Source of the DNA: Planctomycetota bacterium
Lineage (GTDB): Bacteria; Planctomycetota; Phycisphaerae; SM23-33
DNA length: 61,914 nucleotides
Assembly: GCA_024275995.1 (NCBI GenBank)
Contig: JAJRYB010000022.1
Location: 1 to 61,914, forward strand
Reading direction: 5' to 3'
Below, in pieces: positions 46,804-57,227 of this stretch. Below the pieces are notes generated by a model. The model did not search any database and was not told the origin of the DNA. It saw only the letters and a list, made by a program, of their open reading frames with translations. Within the stretch, counting starts at the first letter, position 1. Each line of letters starts with the position of its first letter. Made by a program: the position numbers and the translations under genes.

Positions 46804-49800
46804 AATCGGCAAGCGACAACCGGCAGCTTGACAGGAAGGCTGCGATAATCGCCGCGGCAGCATCGGTGCTGGGCGTGCTTATCATGGGCGCGGCGATGAT
46901 CGTTCTCCGGCAGCACGTCCGGGACGAATCGCTCGTAACGCCGCTGTTGATTTCATGCGCCGCGGCGCTGGTCCTGGTGCTCGGCGCCGGTTTCCAACTC
47001 GTCACCGGACAAACCATCGGACAGCGGGCACTGCTTGCATTCTGGCTGTGCCTGGTGATCCCGGCAGTATCGCTTATACTCGTCGTGCTGCTCTGGGGGC
47101 TTCCGCAATGGCTGATGTTCGGCGAAACGGATATGCAGTACGCCGGAACATACAAAACCGTCACGCTCATCTCCGTCGCGATAGTGGCTGTGTTCGCGAC
47201 CGGTTTGTCCGTCCTGTTGATCCGTGCGTCGAAGACGAAATCGCGATTGCGATATTCCTCGCTCGTGATCGCGTCGATCGCCGCAGTCGTCGCGCTGGTC
47301 ATAGCGGTGAACGTCACCGCCCAGAAGGAACAGTACCGCGCGAGCGTTGAGACGCTGGGCAGGTATCGCGCGAGCGAACGGACGCGCAAGATCCTCAGCG
47401 GCGTGGACGTTCCGCTACGAATGACGTGCGTTTATACCGCCACGGCGGACAAGAAAACCGGGCGAAAAAGCGGCGCCCAGTATCGACAGCAGGTGCTGGA
47501 GCTGCTGCGGGACATGGCGTATCTCAACGATCGGATCGAGGTTGTGAACGTCACCAGCGACGAGGAAAAGGCGCGGATCACCGAGCGCCTCCGCGAAAAG
47601 CGGAATCGTCGCGCCTCAAAGCACATGAAACTGCTCGAAAACTTCCGCGATGGAAGCAAAACCATCATTACCGAGCTGCGGAATGAATCGAAGATATGGA
47701 CGTCGCTGGCGGACGATTCCTACATCGCACAGTGGAACCTGCCCGCCACCGTCGTGCACATGCTTACGAACATGTCCAAGCGCATGGAGGAACTGCAGAA
47801 GAAGATCATCACGGAAACAAACAAGCCCATGATCGACTTCAAGTCGATCGTAAAGATCATCAAGGATCCGATCGAGAAACACAAACAGACGCTCGATGGG
47901 TTTTCCGGGACGCTCGCGGCGATGAGTGAGCTTCCGGCCGCCGTTACGAAGAACAAGTCCGCTGCGCTGGCGAGCCTGGATGACTGCCTTCGTGCCATCG
48001 AAGACATGGTCGGATCGGCCGGTAAAGAAAGCGACGGCGAGCCATCCGATCCAACAGTTGTTCTCAAGGCGTACGCCGCCGCCTCGGACAAGGCGGTCAA
48101 GGCTATTCGCCTCGCAAGGAAGGTCCTGGACGGCGTCGGAGGACCGAAGTTCACGCAGGTCCTCCAGAGCAGCAAATACTGGGTCGTGCATCGCAATTAC
48201 CTGACCAAATGGTATCAGGCGATCGGAGGAGTTCTCGCGACACAGCGTTTGAATGTCCAGACAGTCATCGAGAGAATGACGGGAAAGACCCAGGCGGAGC
48301 TGGTGGCGAATCTCCGACGGAAGATGCCGAAACTGCTGCAGGCCTTCAAGGACGCCGACGCGGCTGCAAGAAAGGCGCTGGGCGCCCTTGCGACGGCGGA
48401 TAAGGCTTCCGGCGACCTGATGGAGCAGGCCAAAAAGGGCGATCTGTTCGCCGGTCCGAAAAAAATACTCTCGAAACTGCTGGAGCAGATCGAAAAACTT
48501 CCAAAGCTCGGGACGGACGAGTTGCCCTCCGAGATCACCGGTGAAAACATCGTGATCATCGAGACACCCGACAGGGCCGAGGCGGTGAGCTTCGAGTCGG
48601 TCTGGCCGCTGAAGGTCAAACCGCGCGGGCCCGAGAACGTCGGAGGCGAGCAGAAACGCGAGTTCAACGGAGACTCGGCTATCGCTTCGGCGATTCTCCA
48701 CATGACGCAGAAGAGCTTCGGAACGGTGTACCTGACGTACTTCCGGCCCAGGGTTCCACCCCAGATGGCGCGAACCCTTCCGCGAGCGGACATAGAACCG
48801 GGCAACCTGAGCGTGCTGCGCCGTCGTCTGGAAGCAGCCAATTTCAACGTAGAGGACTGGAACCTCGCCGTAGAGGATTCGCCGGGCGCTTCCAATGAGG
48901 ACAAGAACGGAGACAAGGACGACTCGCCCAAGGTGCTGCTGATCCTTCCCCCACCACCGCCGCAGATGCCCAACCCCTACGCACGGCAGACACCGACGCC
49001 GTCCTTCGGACCCGAACACATCGACAAAATACGCAGGGAGATCGACTCGGGAACGCCGGCGATTTTTCCGGCCTATTTCGTCTGGCCGAGGCAGATGAGT
49101 TTCTTCGGCCCGCTAACCCAGCCACCATACGCGATGAACGGGTACCTGCGATCCGACTGGGGTATCGAAGTCAAGAGCGACTTTCGCGCGATCCAGGCGG
49201 TCCCGGACAAGACCTCGCCGGGGCTTTTTCGCATAGATATCCAGGCGTTTCGTTACCTGCCGCTCAGCACGTTTTCCGATCATCCGATCACCCTTGAGCT
49301 TCAGGGTCAGCGCGTGCTCTGGACGGACCTGTGCCCCGTTGGCACGACAAAAAAACTCCCGGCGGGCGTCACGGTCAGCCCACTGCTGAGCGTTCCTTCG
49401 GGCAGGCGGAACCTGTGGGCGACCAGACGGATCGCCGAACTGATCCGGCAGGTCCAGTCCGGGGAGGGAAGCTACGTGTCGCCGGATTTCAATGCGGGAG
49501 ATATTGCCCCACCGTTCGACCTTGCCGTAGCTGCGGTCAGCACCGCTACCCGGCGAAAAGTCATGAACGAAAAGGGAAAGACCGAAACGCGCCGGATCAA
49601 GCCGTCACGGATCGTGGTGCTCGGTGTTGGCATGTCCCTGGTCGACGGATACCTGAACAGCGGCGTCTCGGTGATAGGCCCGGACGGGTCCATAACCATG
49701 ACGGACAAACCAGCCGCCAACGCGGACCTCGTCATCAACAGCGCCTACTGGCTGATCGGACGTGAAAAGTACATCGCCGCAGGACCCGCTTCCGGAAAGC

Positions 49801-49919
49801 CGATTGCGATGATCCCGCCCACAACGGCGATCGTACTGAAAATCGCATACTGGATTGTCCTTCCGGGATTGATCGTGGGCCTGGGTGTGCTGGTGGCGCT
49901 GTTCCGCAGACGACAATAA
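46800..49919 (+). CDS. GldG-like ABC auxiliary component with extra TM helices and a long helical insertion
   Basis: ATGA overlap; about 5 N-terminal TM helices; GldG-like RYRASERTRKIL; RIVVLG...NADLVINSAYWL; C-terminal TM + RRRQ. Confidence 0.72.
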   Translation: MKSASDNRQLDRKAAIIAAAASVLGVLIMGAAMIVLRQHVRDESLVTPLLISCAAALVLVLGAGFQLVTGQTIGQRALLAFWLCLVIPAVSLILVVLLWGLPQWLMFGETDMQYAGTYKTVTLISVAIVAVFATGLSVLLIRASKTKSRLRYSSLVIASIAAVVALVIAVNVTAQKEQYRASVETLGRYRASERTRKILSGVDVPLRMTCVYTATADKKTGRKSGAQYRQQVLELLRDMAYLNDRIEVVNVTSDEEKARITERLREKRNRRASKHMKLLENFRDGSKTIITELRNESKIWTSLADDSYIAQWNLPATVVHMLTNMSKRMEELQKKIITETNKPMIDFKSIVKIIKDPIEKHKQTLDGFSGTLAAMSELPAAVTKNKSAALASLDDCLRAIEDMVGSAGKESDGEPSDPTVVLKAYAAASDKAVKAIRLARKVLDGVGGPKFTQVLQSSKYWVVHRNYLTKWYQAIGGVLATQRLNVQTVIERMTGKTQAELVANLRRKMPKLLQAFKDADAAARKALGALATADKASGDLMEQAKKGDLFAGPKKILSKLLEQIEKLPKLGTDELPSEITGENIVIIETPDRAEAVSFESVWPLKVKPRGPENVGGEQKREFNGDSAIASAILHMTQKSFGTVYLTYFRPRVPPQMARTLPRADIEPGNLSVLRRRLEAANFNVEDWNLAVEDSPGASNEDKNGDKDDSPKVLLILPPPPPQMPNPYARQTPTPSFGPEHIDKIRREIDSGTPAIFPAYFVWPRQMSFFGPLTQPPYAMNGYLRSDWGIEVKSDFRAIQAVPDKTSPGLFRIDIQAFRYLPLSTFSDHPITLELQGQRVLWTDLCPVGTTKKLPAGVTVSPLLSVPSGRRNLWATRRIAELIRQVQSGEGSYVSPDFNAGDIAPPFDLAVAAVSTATRRKVMNEKGKTETRRIKPSRIVVLGVGMSLVDGYLNSGVSVIGPDGSITMTDKPAANADLVINSAYWLIGREKYIAAGPASGKPIAMIPPTTAIVLKIAYWIVLPGLIVGLGVLVALFRRRQ

Positions 49920-49979
49920 TCGAAAAAAACAAGTTGGCAAAAAACACCGGAAAACACAAAAAAAACGTCGAGAGAGAAA

Positions 49980-52259
49980 ATGAAACCGACCACCGTCATA
50001 TTCCTGGGTGTCCTGCTGCTCGCGTGCATCGCGCTGGTCGTGGTGCGCAACGTGGACTGGAACAAATCCGAGGATACGAAAATCGTCGTGGGCAGGAAGC
50101 TCGTGTTCTCCGCCGCTCCCGCCAATCCGGTTAGCCTGGACGTTATCGCTGTCGACGGCGATACGCTGTCATTCGTGAAGGAAGGCGATTCGTGGCGGAT
50201 CATCGAACCGATCCGCGCCAAGGCGGTCGGATACAAGGTCGAGGAGGTAACCGGGGCACTGAAAGACCTGAAGTACGAGCGGGTATTCAGCCGGGACGAG
50301 GAGGACGCCCCCGCCGCCGGGCAGACCGGGCTGGATAAACCGCTTTGGACGCTGGTGCTGATCGACGGGGAAAACAAACGCTTCACGCTGCTGGTGGGCA
50401 AGTCCGTGCCGCTGAGCGGGGGCGAAAAAACTTACGTCAGGCCGGCCGGCAGCCCCCTGACCTATGTCGTCGCGAAGGATTTCGCCGCACACCTGTCCAG
50501 GCCGATGCGGGAATACCGCGAGAAGAAACTGCTGGATATCGACGCGAACAAAGTCATCCGCGTAAAGATCGATGGATACGAAAAAATCGAGCTGCTCAAG
50601 GGCATGAACGACAAGTGGGGCCTGATCTCTCCGAACGCCCGCGCCGACGGGAAGAAAGTCGACAAGCTGCTGCGAAGTGTTCTCGACCTGAAGGCTGAGG
50701 AGTTCATAACGGACAAGCCAGGAAAACTCAGCCTGTACGGTTTGGACAAGCCGCTGCTTACGATTGACCTCTGGCTGCAACCTGCGCCCGCGCCCTCGGC
50801 CGCGGCGTCCATGCCGATAAAAGAGGAGCGCACGAACTTTTCGCTGCTGCTCGGCGGACGTGCGAGCGGGACAGACAGTGTTTTCGCGAAGATTGCCCAC
50901 CAGCCAACCGTTTTCACGGTCAAGCGGTCCGTCATGGACAGGTTGCAGCCAAGGACTATCGACCTTCGCGACAGGCACGTCGTGAGGTTCGAACAGAGCA
51001 ACGTTAACCGGATCGAAATCGAGATCGGAGATCGACGGGCAAACCTCGTGAAGAAAGACGGCCGGTGGCGCATGCTCTCGCCACAAAAAGGTGCGGCTAA
51101 CGAACCTGCCGTCCTGTCCCTGCTGCGGAAGATCTCGAACCTCAAGGCTGCCAACTTCCGCGACGATGCGCTTGCGGCGAAGGTCTACCGGCTGGATGAG
51201 CCGCGGGGAAAGATCACGCTGCATGAACTCGGAAGGAACAGACCTCTCACGCTGCTGATAGGTGCGTCGAGTCTCAAGGGCGAGATGGTCGGCCTGCGGA
51301 CCACGACGGATAAAGCGGTCGCCGTCGCGGCGGTATCGGATGTCAAGGACCTGCTGGCCGATCCGGTCACCTATTGGGACGCGACGATCCTCAAGCTCGA
51401 CGCGGACGCGAAGATCGCCGCCATGACGCTCAGTCGCCCGGACAACACGTTCTCGCTGGCAAGGAAGGACGATAAGTGGACGCTGAGTTCGCCGCTGGTT
51501 GCAGCGGCGGATTCCGAAGCGGCCGACAGAATCGCCGATATGCTTCGCGGTCTTCTGGCGAATAAAATCGTCTACCTCGGTCCGAAGGTTCCGGACAAGT
51601 ACGCCAGGTCGCCCGCCCTGATCGAGATAGCGATGACGGTACAGACCCCCCGGCAGAGGCCGCAGACGACTCCGGCGACCACATCCGCACCAAGGGCGAA
51701 GATCGACACCTATAAAATCCTGATCGCGAAATTCGGCGATAAGTCGTATTGTTGGATTCCCGGCGGCAGGACCGTCGCCGTCGGCGAGTTTTCATCGGAC
51801 CTCTACCAGACGCTGATCGCGGAACTGCGGAACCGGAAAGTGCTGTCGTTCGACCCGGAAAATATCGAGAGTTTCCGCATCGTCTCAGGCAAAGATACGT
51901 TCGAAATTCGCCGCCGGGAGCAGGGCGAGTGGCGATGCGCTGGTGAGCCTGACGTAGCCATCGATCCGGAGAAGGTCGCCGATTATCTGAAAGGCCTGAC
52001 CAGGACGACCGCCCGCAGGTTCGTCAGCCACGACGACGACGACGCGAAAGCGAAAAAGTACGCCTTCGACAAGCCGATGTTCCTGATCGAGCTGACGTCG
52101 AAATCCGGCGAGACGCTTCGCCTTGTCGTTTCGCACGAGCCTGCGAAGGAGATGGAAAACCGCTACGCCGTCTCCAGCGGCGCAGCCGGGGTGTTCATGC
52201 TTCCCGCCTCGGCGATTCCGGAGCTTTCCCGCACGTTGGGCGACTTCAAGGTCCGCTGA
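49980..52259 (+). CDS. DUF4340 multi-repeat protein
   Basis: N-terminal anchor; five repeats of W....P......GLDKP/RLDEP/FDKP...L.L.G. Confidence 0.78.
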   Translation: MKPTTVIFLGVLLLACIALVVVRNVDWNKSEDTKIVVGRKLVFSAAPANPVSLDVIAVDGDTLSFVKEGDSWRIIEPIRAKAVGYKVEEVTGALKDLKYERVFSRDEEDAPAAGQTGLDKPLWTLVLIDGENKRFTLLVGKSVPLSGGEKTYVRPAGSPLTYVVAKDFAAHLSRPMREYREKKLLDIDANKVIRVKIDGYEKIELLKGMNDKWGLISPNARADGKKVDKLLRSVLDLKAEEFITDKPGKLSLYGLDKPLLTIDLWLQPAPAPSAAASMPIKEERTNFSLLLGGRASGTDSVFAKIAHQPTVFTVKRSVMDRLQPRTIDLRDRHVVRFEQSNVNRIEIEIGDRRANLVKKDGRWRMLSPQKGAANEPAVLSLLRKISNLKAANFRDDALAAKVYRLDEPRGKITLHELGRNRPLTLLIGASSLKGEMVGLRTTTDKAVAVAAVSDVKDLLADPVTYWDATILKLDADAKIAAMTLSRPDNTFSLARKDDKWTLSSPLVAAADSEAADRIADMLRGLLANKIVYLGPKVPDKYARSPALIEIAMTVQTPRQRPQTTPATTSAPRAKIDTYKILIAKFGDKSYCWIPGGRTVAVGEFSSDLYQTLIAELRNRKVLSFDPENIESFRIVSGKDTFEIRRREQGEWRCAGEPDVAIDPEKVADYLKGLTRTTARRFVSHDDDDAKAKKYAFDKPMFLIELTSKSGETLRLVVSHEPAKEMENRYAVSSGAAGVFMLPASAIPELSRTLGDFKVR

Positions 52260-52377
52260 CGAAATATCGCGTTGCTGCTCGAACGCGACGAAAAAGCTTT
52301 CCTGCGCGATCGCCTGTGGTATCATGAGTACGTGGGCGGTTTTTCCGCCTGGGCATGAAATTCGCAGGAGAAATCAC

Positions 52378-53466
52378 ATGAACAAACGTGCCTCGACTGC
52401 AGTAATAATCCTGGGGGTCGCCTTGGCGATCCTGCCGAAGAGCGTCCCAGCGGCACCGCTGACGGAGGAAAAGGTCGCCACCCTCGCCAGGCAGATGGAA
52501 ACGGACGCGAAGGCATGGTTTCGCGAAAAGAAGGTGGAAAGCTCCGTCCATGCCGAGCTGAAATCCGCCAGGTACGACGACGCCACGGTCCAGGCCATCG
52601 AGAAAGAGTTGGCAAAACCGCGAAAGTCGGATATTTCGCTCTACATAGCGGTGCAATTTTTTCGCCCGTTCCTGATGGCGAAAACCGAGATAATTCGCAA
52701 GGCCCTTCCGCTCGTCAAGAATACTCATTCAAAATACAATCGCTACCGCACGCTCAGGCGGCTATCAAAATCCGCAGGAGCGAGATTAAAAATTCCTCCG
52801 CTGCGACCGGGGCTTTCCGCCGAGGCGCGTCTGAGACAGGTTGCCACTATCCAGTCGCTGCGCGAGAAGAAACGGGCGAGGGAGTTCCCCGTCAAGCAGT
52901 ACAACGCGCTGGTCTACCACATCGAGAAAATCTATCGTCAACTCCAGGTGCTTGCGGATACACCCGAGCAGGACGAAGAAATCGTAGCCGCACTCTCCAA
53001 GGCGTTATCGGCCCGTAGATTAATCTTCAAGGACATCCTCGCGTCGCTGCGTGCGGCGTCACCGAAAATGAATGTGAAACGCGCGTCGAAACTCTATGAA
53101 CAAATCCTCCCGGCCGCCAACAAGCTTCGCTACGAGAGACTGCTGCTCGAAAATCGAGGGGACGTGCGGATCACTCCAACTGGAACCAGCCGGCACAAAA
53201 GTGCAACAACCTACGTCGGTATCGAACTGCTCGAGTTGGTGAACCTTCTCGCGCCGCCCGCGCGACAGCCGGCGATGAAAGTTCCAAGCTTTTCGGAAGT
53301 CTGGGGGTGGGGTACTCTGCAAAGCGCCAAAAAACATCTTCGTGCCGGAAGGAAAAGTGCTGCGGCCAGGCTGATCAACGACGTTCTAAGGAGGGGAAGT
53401 TCGCAAATACCTTCCGGTTCTCCCGTTCGCGCGGAGGCCCGGAAACTGCTGAAGATGGCCCAGTGA
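52378..53466 (+). CDS. Hypothetical exported, basic, alpha-helical protein
   Basis: RBS CAGGAG; signal peptide MNKRASTAVIILGVALAIL. Confidence 0.7.
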   Translation: MNKRASTAVIILGVALAILPKSVPAAPLTEEKVATLARQMETDAKAWFREKKVESSVHAELKSARYDDATVQAIEKELAKPRKSDISLYIAVQFFRPFLMAKTEIIRKALPLVKNTHSKYNRYRTLRRLSKSAGARLKIPPLRPGLSAEARLRQVATIQSLREKKRAREFPVKQYNALVYHIEKIYRQLQVLADTPEQDEEIVAALSKALSARRLIFKDILASLRAASPKMNVKRASKLYEQILPAANKLRYERLLLENRGDVRITPTGTSRHKSATTYVGIELLELVNLLAPPARQPAMKVPSFSEVWGWGTLQSAKKHLRAGRKSAAARLINDVLRRGSSQIPSGSPVRAEARKLLKMAQ

Positions 53467-53524
53467 CGCCCAAACCGGCGTGCCCTTCGTTCATTACGTT
53501 ACCTGCAAGGGGCTTATTATCTAA

Positions 53525-55063
53525 ATGGGTCCACGACGTCACGCAACAAAACTGATATGCCCGTTGACCTCGGCGAGCCCCTCGGAGATGCTCGCCGAGA
53601 TGCGCCGCGCCAACGACGCCGGGTCCGATACCGTCGAGTGCCGCCTGGACTTTCTGCGCGACCTCCCAAGCGAAAAGGACCTGCAAACCATCTTCGGCGG
53701 CTCGCAGGGGGAACTCATCGCCACGCTTCGCCCCGTTCGCCAAGGAGGGCGCTACGACGGCGACGAAGGGCAACGACTCGACATCCTCCGCAAGTGCGCA
53801 CAGATGGGCGCGCGGTACGTTGACATCGAGATCGACGTCCCCCGCCAAGACTGGCCGGACGCTGAGATCATTCTTTCGCACCATGATTTCGAGCGTTGCC
53901 CGGTTGACCTGGATGATATCCTGCAACGGATGGAGGCTTCGGACGCCGCGGTCAACAAGGTGGCATTCGCCGCCAACGGACCGGAAGACGCCTTTCGCGC
54001 CCTGGATTTCATTCGCGCTTCGCAAAAACCGGCGATGGCGATGGCGATGGGCGAAGCGGGCGTCCCCAGCCGGATTCTCGCCGGAAAGTTCGGCGCGTTC
54101 GGAACGTTCGCGTCGCTGGACGAGAAATCCTCTTCCGCACCGGGGCAATTGACGATCGACGAAATGAAGAATCTTTATCGCTGGGACGAAATCGGCCCGG
54201 AAACGTTTGTCTGCGGCGTTGTGGGCTGCCCCGTCGCACACTCGATGAGCCCGGCGATTCACAACGCAGCCTTCGCTACGACGAATATCGACGGCGTTTA
54301 CGTGCCTCTTCTCGCCCACGGCGGCGAGGACGGCGAGAAAAACTTCCGCCGATTCATGGACGCCCTTCTCGCCCGGAAGTGGATGAACTGGCGAGGTCTG
54401 AGCGTTACGCTGCCGCACAAGGAACACGCCCTGGCATACCTCGATAAACGCAATTGCGACGCGCTGGCGATAAAGATCGGCGCTATCAACACGATTACAT
54501 TCGAGACGGACGCCGCACCGCGCGGAGACAATACGGATTACGCCGCGGCGATAGAGTGCCTCTGCCGGTCCATGTCGATTGATCGAGCCAACCTCGCCGG
54601 CAGTCGCGTTGCCGTTCTCGGCGCCGGAGGGGTCGCACGCTCCATCGTCGCTGGGCTGGCGCACTGCGGCGCGGAAGTTACGATCTACAATCGCACCGTT
54701 TCCCGCTCCGAAACGCTCGCGACGGAATTCGCCTGCGGCTGGGGACCGCTCGACGAGGCGGTGCGCTTCGACGGCGAAATTATCGTCAACTGCACCTCCG
54801 TCGGGATGTCGCCAAACGTGGACGCCTCGCCGCTGGAGAGCATACCCCACTCGGTGAAGGTGGTGTTCGATACGATCTACAACCCCCTCGATACCCGTTT
54901 ACTGCAGGCAGCGCGCGACGCGGGATGCGCTATCGTCACGGGCCTGGATATGTTCGTCAACCAGGCGGCGGCGCAATTTGAGTTATGGACCGGAATCGAC
55001 GCGCCCATCGACGTCATGCGAAATGTCGTCATGGAGAAACTCTCCGAAAAGGACGAATGTTAA
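53525..55063 (+). CDS. aroE: Fused type I 3-dehydroquinate dehydratase / shikimate dehydrogenase (AroD-AroE)
   Basis: VECRLD, LSHHDF, NKVA, AMGEAG, APGQ (DHQase I); HSMSP..HN, SVTLPHK, AINT, NTD, GAGGVAR, NRT, GLDMFVNQA (SDH). Confidence 0.92.
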   Translation: MGPRRHATKLICPLTSASPSEMLAEMRRANDAGSDTVECRLDFLRDLPSEKDLQTIFGGSQGELIATLRPVRQGGRYDGDEGQRLDILRKCAQMGARYVDIEIDVPRQDWPDAEIILSHHDFERCPVDLDDILQRMEASDAAVNKVAFAANGPEDAFRALDFIRASQKPAMAMAMGEAGVPSRILAGKFGAFGTFASLDEKSSSAPGQLTIDEMKNLYRWDEIGPETFVCGVVGCPVAHSMSPAIHNAAFATTNIDGVYVPLLAHGGEDGEKNFRRFMDALLARKWMNWRGLSVTLPHKEHALAYLDKRNCDALAIKIGAINTITFETDAAPRGDNTDYAAAIECLCRSMSIDRANLAGSRVAVLGAGGVARSIVAGLAHCGAEVTIYNRTVSRSETLATEFACGWGPLDEAVRFDGEIIVNCTSVGMSPNVDASPLESIPHSVKVVFDTIYNPLDTRLLQAARDAGCAIVTGLDMFVNQAAAQFELWTGIDAPIDVMRNVVMEKLSEKDEC

Positions 55064-55906
55064 GTGCCCAAACACAGTTTGCGAATTGCGACATGCCAGT
55101 TTTCCGAGAGCTTCCAACCCAGGCGCAACGCCGCGATAATCCGGAGGTACATCGCCGAGGCGAAACGACGGCGCGCCGAGGTCGTGCATTTCCACGAATG
55201 CTCCCTGAGCGGATACGGCGGGAAGGTCGGTGAGAACGATTACGATTGGCCTGCGCTGCGCGAGGCGACCGAGAGCGTCCTCGACGAGGCGGGGCGCAGG
55301 CGGATATGGGTGATTCTCGGAAGTTCGCATCCGTTGAGGAAACCCCACAAGCCACACAACAGCCTGTACCTGATCAATCCGCAGGGTAAAATCGTCGACC
55401 GTTACGACAAGAGGTTCTGCACCGACGGCGACCTGCAAATTTACACGCCGGGCGACCACTTCGTAACGTTCCGGATCAACGGGATAAAGTGCGGCCTGCT
55501 GATCTGCTTCGACGTGCGATTCCCGGAACTCTACCGAGAGCTGTACAAGCTGGGCGTGAAGGTGATCTTCCAGAGCTTCCACAACGGCCGCATGGACGGA
55601 CCGGGCATCCACGAGCACATCATGCGCCAGACCATCCAGGCGCACGCCGGCATTAACGCGATGTGGATCTCGGCGAACAACAGTTCGGCGTACTACTCCC
55701 GCTGGCCTAGCGTGTTCGTTACGCCCGATGGCAAAATCGTCGGCCAATTGTCCCGCAACCGTGCCGGGCTCATGGTGAACACCGTCGATCCACAAAAACC
55801 CTACTACGATGCCGGCGCGAAGTATCGCGATCTGGCCATCCGCGGAAAACTGCACAACGGAACGCTCGTAAGCGACCGGCGCAGTAAAGACCGCAAAAAA
55901 CTGTAA
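55064..55906 (+). CDS. Carbon-nitrogen hydrolase (nitrilase superfamily)
   Basis: Catalytic triad E (FHECSLSGY), K (RYDK), C ([10 protein letters not shown]). Confidence 0.9.
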   Translation: MPKHSLRIATCQFSESFQPRRNAAIIRRYIAEAKRRRAEVVHFHECSLSGYGGKVGENDYDWPALREATESVLDEAGRRRIWVILGSSHPLRKPHKPHNSLYLINPQGKIVDRYDKRFCTDGDLQIYTPGDHFVTFRINGIKCGLLICFDVRFPELYRELYKLGVKVIFQSFHNGRMDGPGIHEHIMRQTIQAHAGINAMWISANNSSAYYSRWPSVFVTPDGKIVGQLSRNRAGLMVNTVDPQKPYYDAGAKYRDLAIRGKLHNGTLVSDRRSKDRKKL

Positions 55907-55942
55907 TCGGTCCCCCGCCTGCTTCACCGCCCGTCTTGCTCC

Positions 55943-55970
55943 TTGCTCCAAGCGTGTAAAGTCTTACAAT
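55943..55970 (+). promoter_or_regulatory. Putative sigma70 promoter for argG
   Basis: TTGCTC-N16-TACAAT. Confidence 0.35.
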
Positions 55971-56000
55971 GTCTTTTTCGCGGGGTATCAGGAGCGATTC

Positions 56001-57206
56001 ATGGCGAAGAAGATGAAAAAGATCGTGCTGGCGTATTCTGGCGGGCTTGACACATCGGTGATCCTTCCATGGCTGAAGGAAAAGTATAATTGCGAGGTGA
56101 TCGCCTACGCCGCGGACGTCGGGCAGGGCGCCGGCGAGCTGGACGGTATCAAGGAAAAGGCTATCGCCAGCGGCGCGTCACGTTGTGTCGTCGACGATCT
56201 GCGCAAGGAGTTCGCCGAGCAGTATTGTTTCCGGATGCTCAAGGCGTCGGCCATCTACGAACAACTCTACCTGCTGGGCACATCTATCGCCCGCCCTCTC
56301 ATCGCCAGGGGACAGGTAGACTGCGCCCGGAAATATAAAGCCGACGCCGTGGCACACGGCGCGACGGGAAAGGGCAACGACCAGGTCCGTTTCGAGCTTA
56401 CGTTCATGGCCCTTGCGCCGAAACTCAAGATCATCGCGCCGTGGAAAGACGCTTCCTTTGAGCTGAGAAGCCGAGAGGCTGCTATCGAATACGCCAAGGC
56501 GCGAAAAATTCCGATCCCCGTCAGCAGGAAGAAGATATATTCGCGTGATCGCAACCTGTGGCACATTTCCCACGAGGGCGCGGACCTCGAGGACCCCTCC
56601 AACGAGCCGCGGGACGAGTTGTGGGTGATGAGCCGGCCTGTCTCGAAGGCGCCGGACAAGCCCGCATACGTTCAAATCGACTTCAAAAAAGGCGTTCCGG
56701 TAGCGATGGACGGCGTGAGGCTCGCAGGGCACGAGCTGATCGCCCGCCTGAACGCCGTAGGAGGAAAGCACGCCGTCGGGCAGGTGGACCTGGTCGAGAA
56801 TCGCCTGGTTGGTATCAAGTCGCGCGGCGCGTACGAAACACCCGGCGGGACGATACTTTTCGAGGCGCACCGCGCGTTGGAGAGCATCACACTCGACCGC
56901 GACACGATGCACTACAAGCAACAGATCGCGCTGAAGTACGCGGAAATGGTCTACAACGGCCTGTGGTTCTGCCCGCTGCGGAAAGCGCTGGACGCCTTCG
57001 TCGACGAAACGCAGAAGAATGTTACCGGATCGGTCCGAGTCAAATGTTTCAAGGGCCGGGCGACGACTGCATCCGTAACGAGCCCCAAGAGCCTGTACTC
57101 GGACGCCCTGGCGAGTTTCACCATGGGCGAAGAATACACTCCCTCCGACGCGACGGGCTTCATCAAGCTGTTCGGGCTTCAGATGAAAGGCCGGGGCAAG
57201 GAATAG
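56001..57206 (+). CDS. argG: Argininosuccinate synthase
   Basis: [51 protein letters not shown]. Confidence 0.97.
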   Translation: MAKKMKKIVLAYSGGLDTSVILPWLKEKYNCEVIAYAADVGQGAGELDGIKEKAIASGASRCVVDDLRKEFAEQYCFRMLKASAIYEQLYLLGTSIARPLIARGQVDCARKYKADAVAHGATGKGNDQVRFELTFMALAPKLKIIAPWKDASFELRSREAAIEYAKARKIPIPVSRKKIYSRDRNLWHISHEGADLEDPSNEPRDELWVMSRPVSKAPDKPAYVQIDFKKGVPVAMDGVRLAGHELIARLNAVGGKHAVGQVDLVENRLVGIKSRGAYETPGGTILFEAHRALESITLDRDTMHYKQQIALKYAEMVYNGLWFCPLRKALDAFVDETQKNVTGSVRVKCFKGRATTASVTSPKSLYSDALASFTMGEEYTPSDATGFIKLFGLQMKGRGKE

Positions 57207-57227
57207 GCCGCCGGAAAGGAAGACGAC

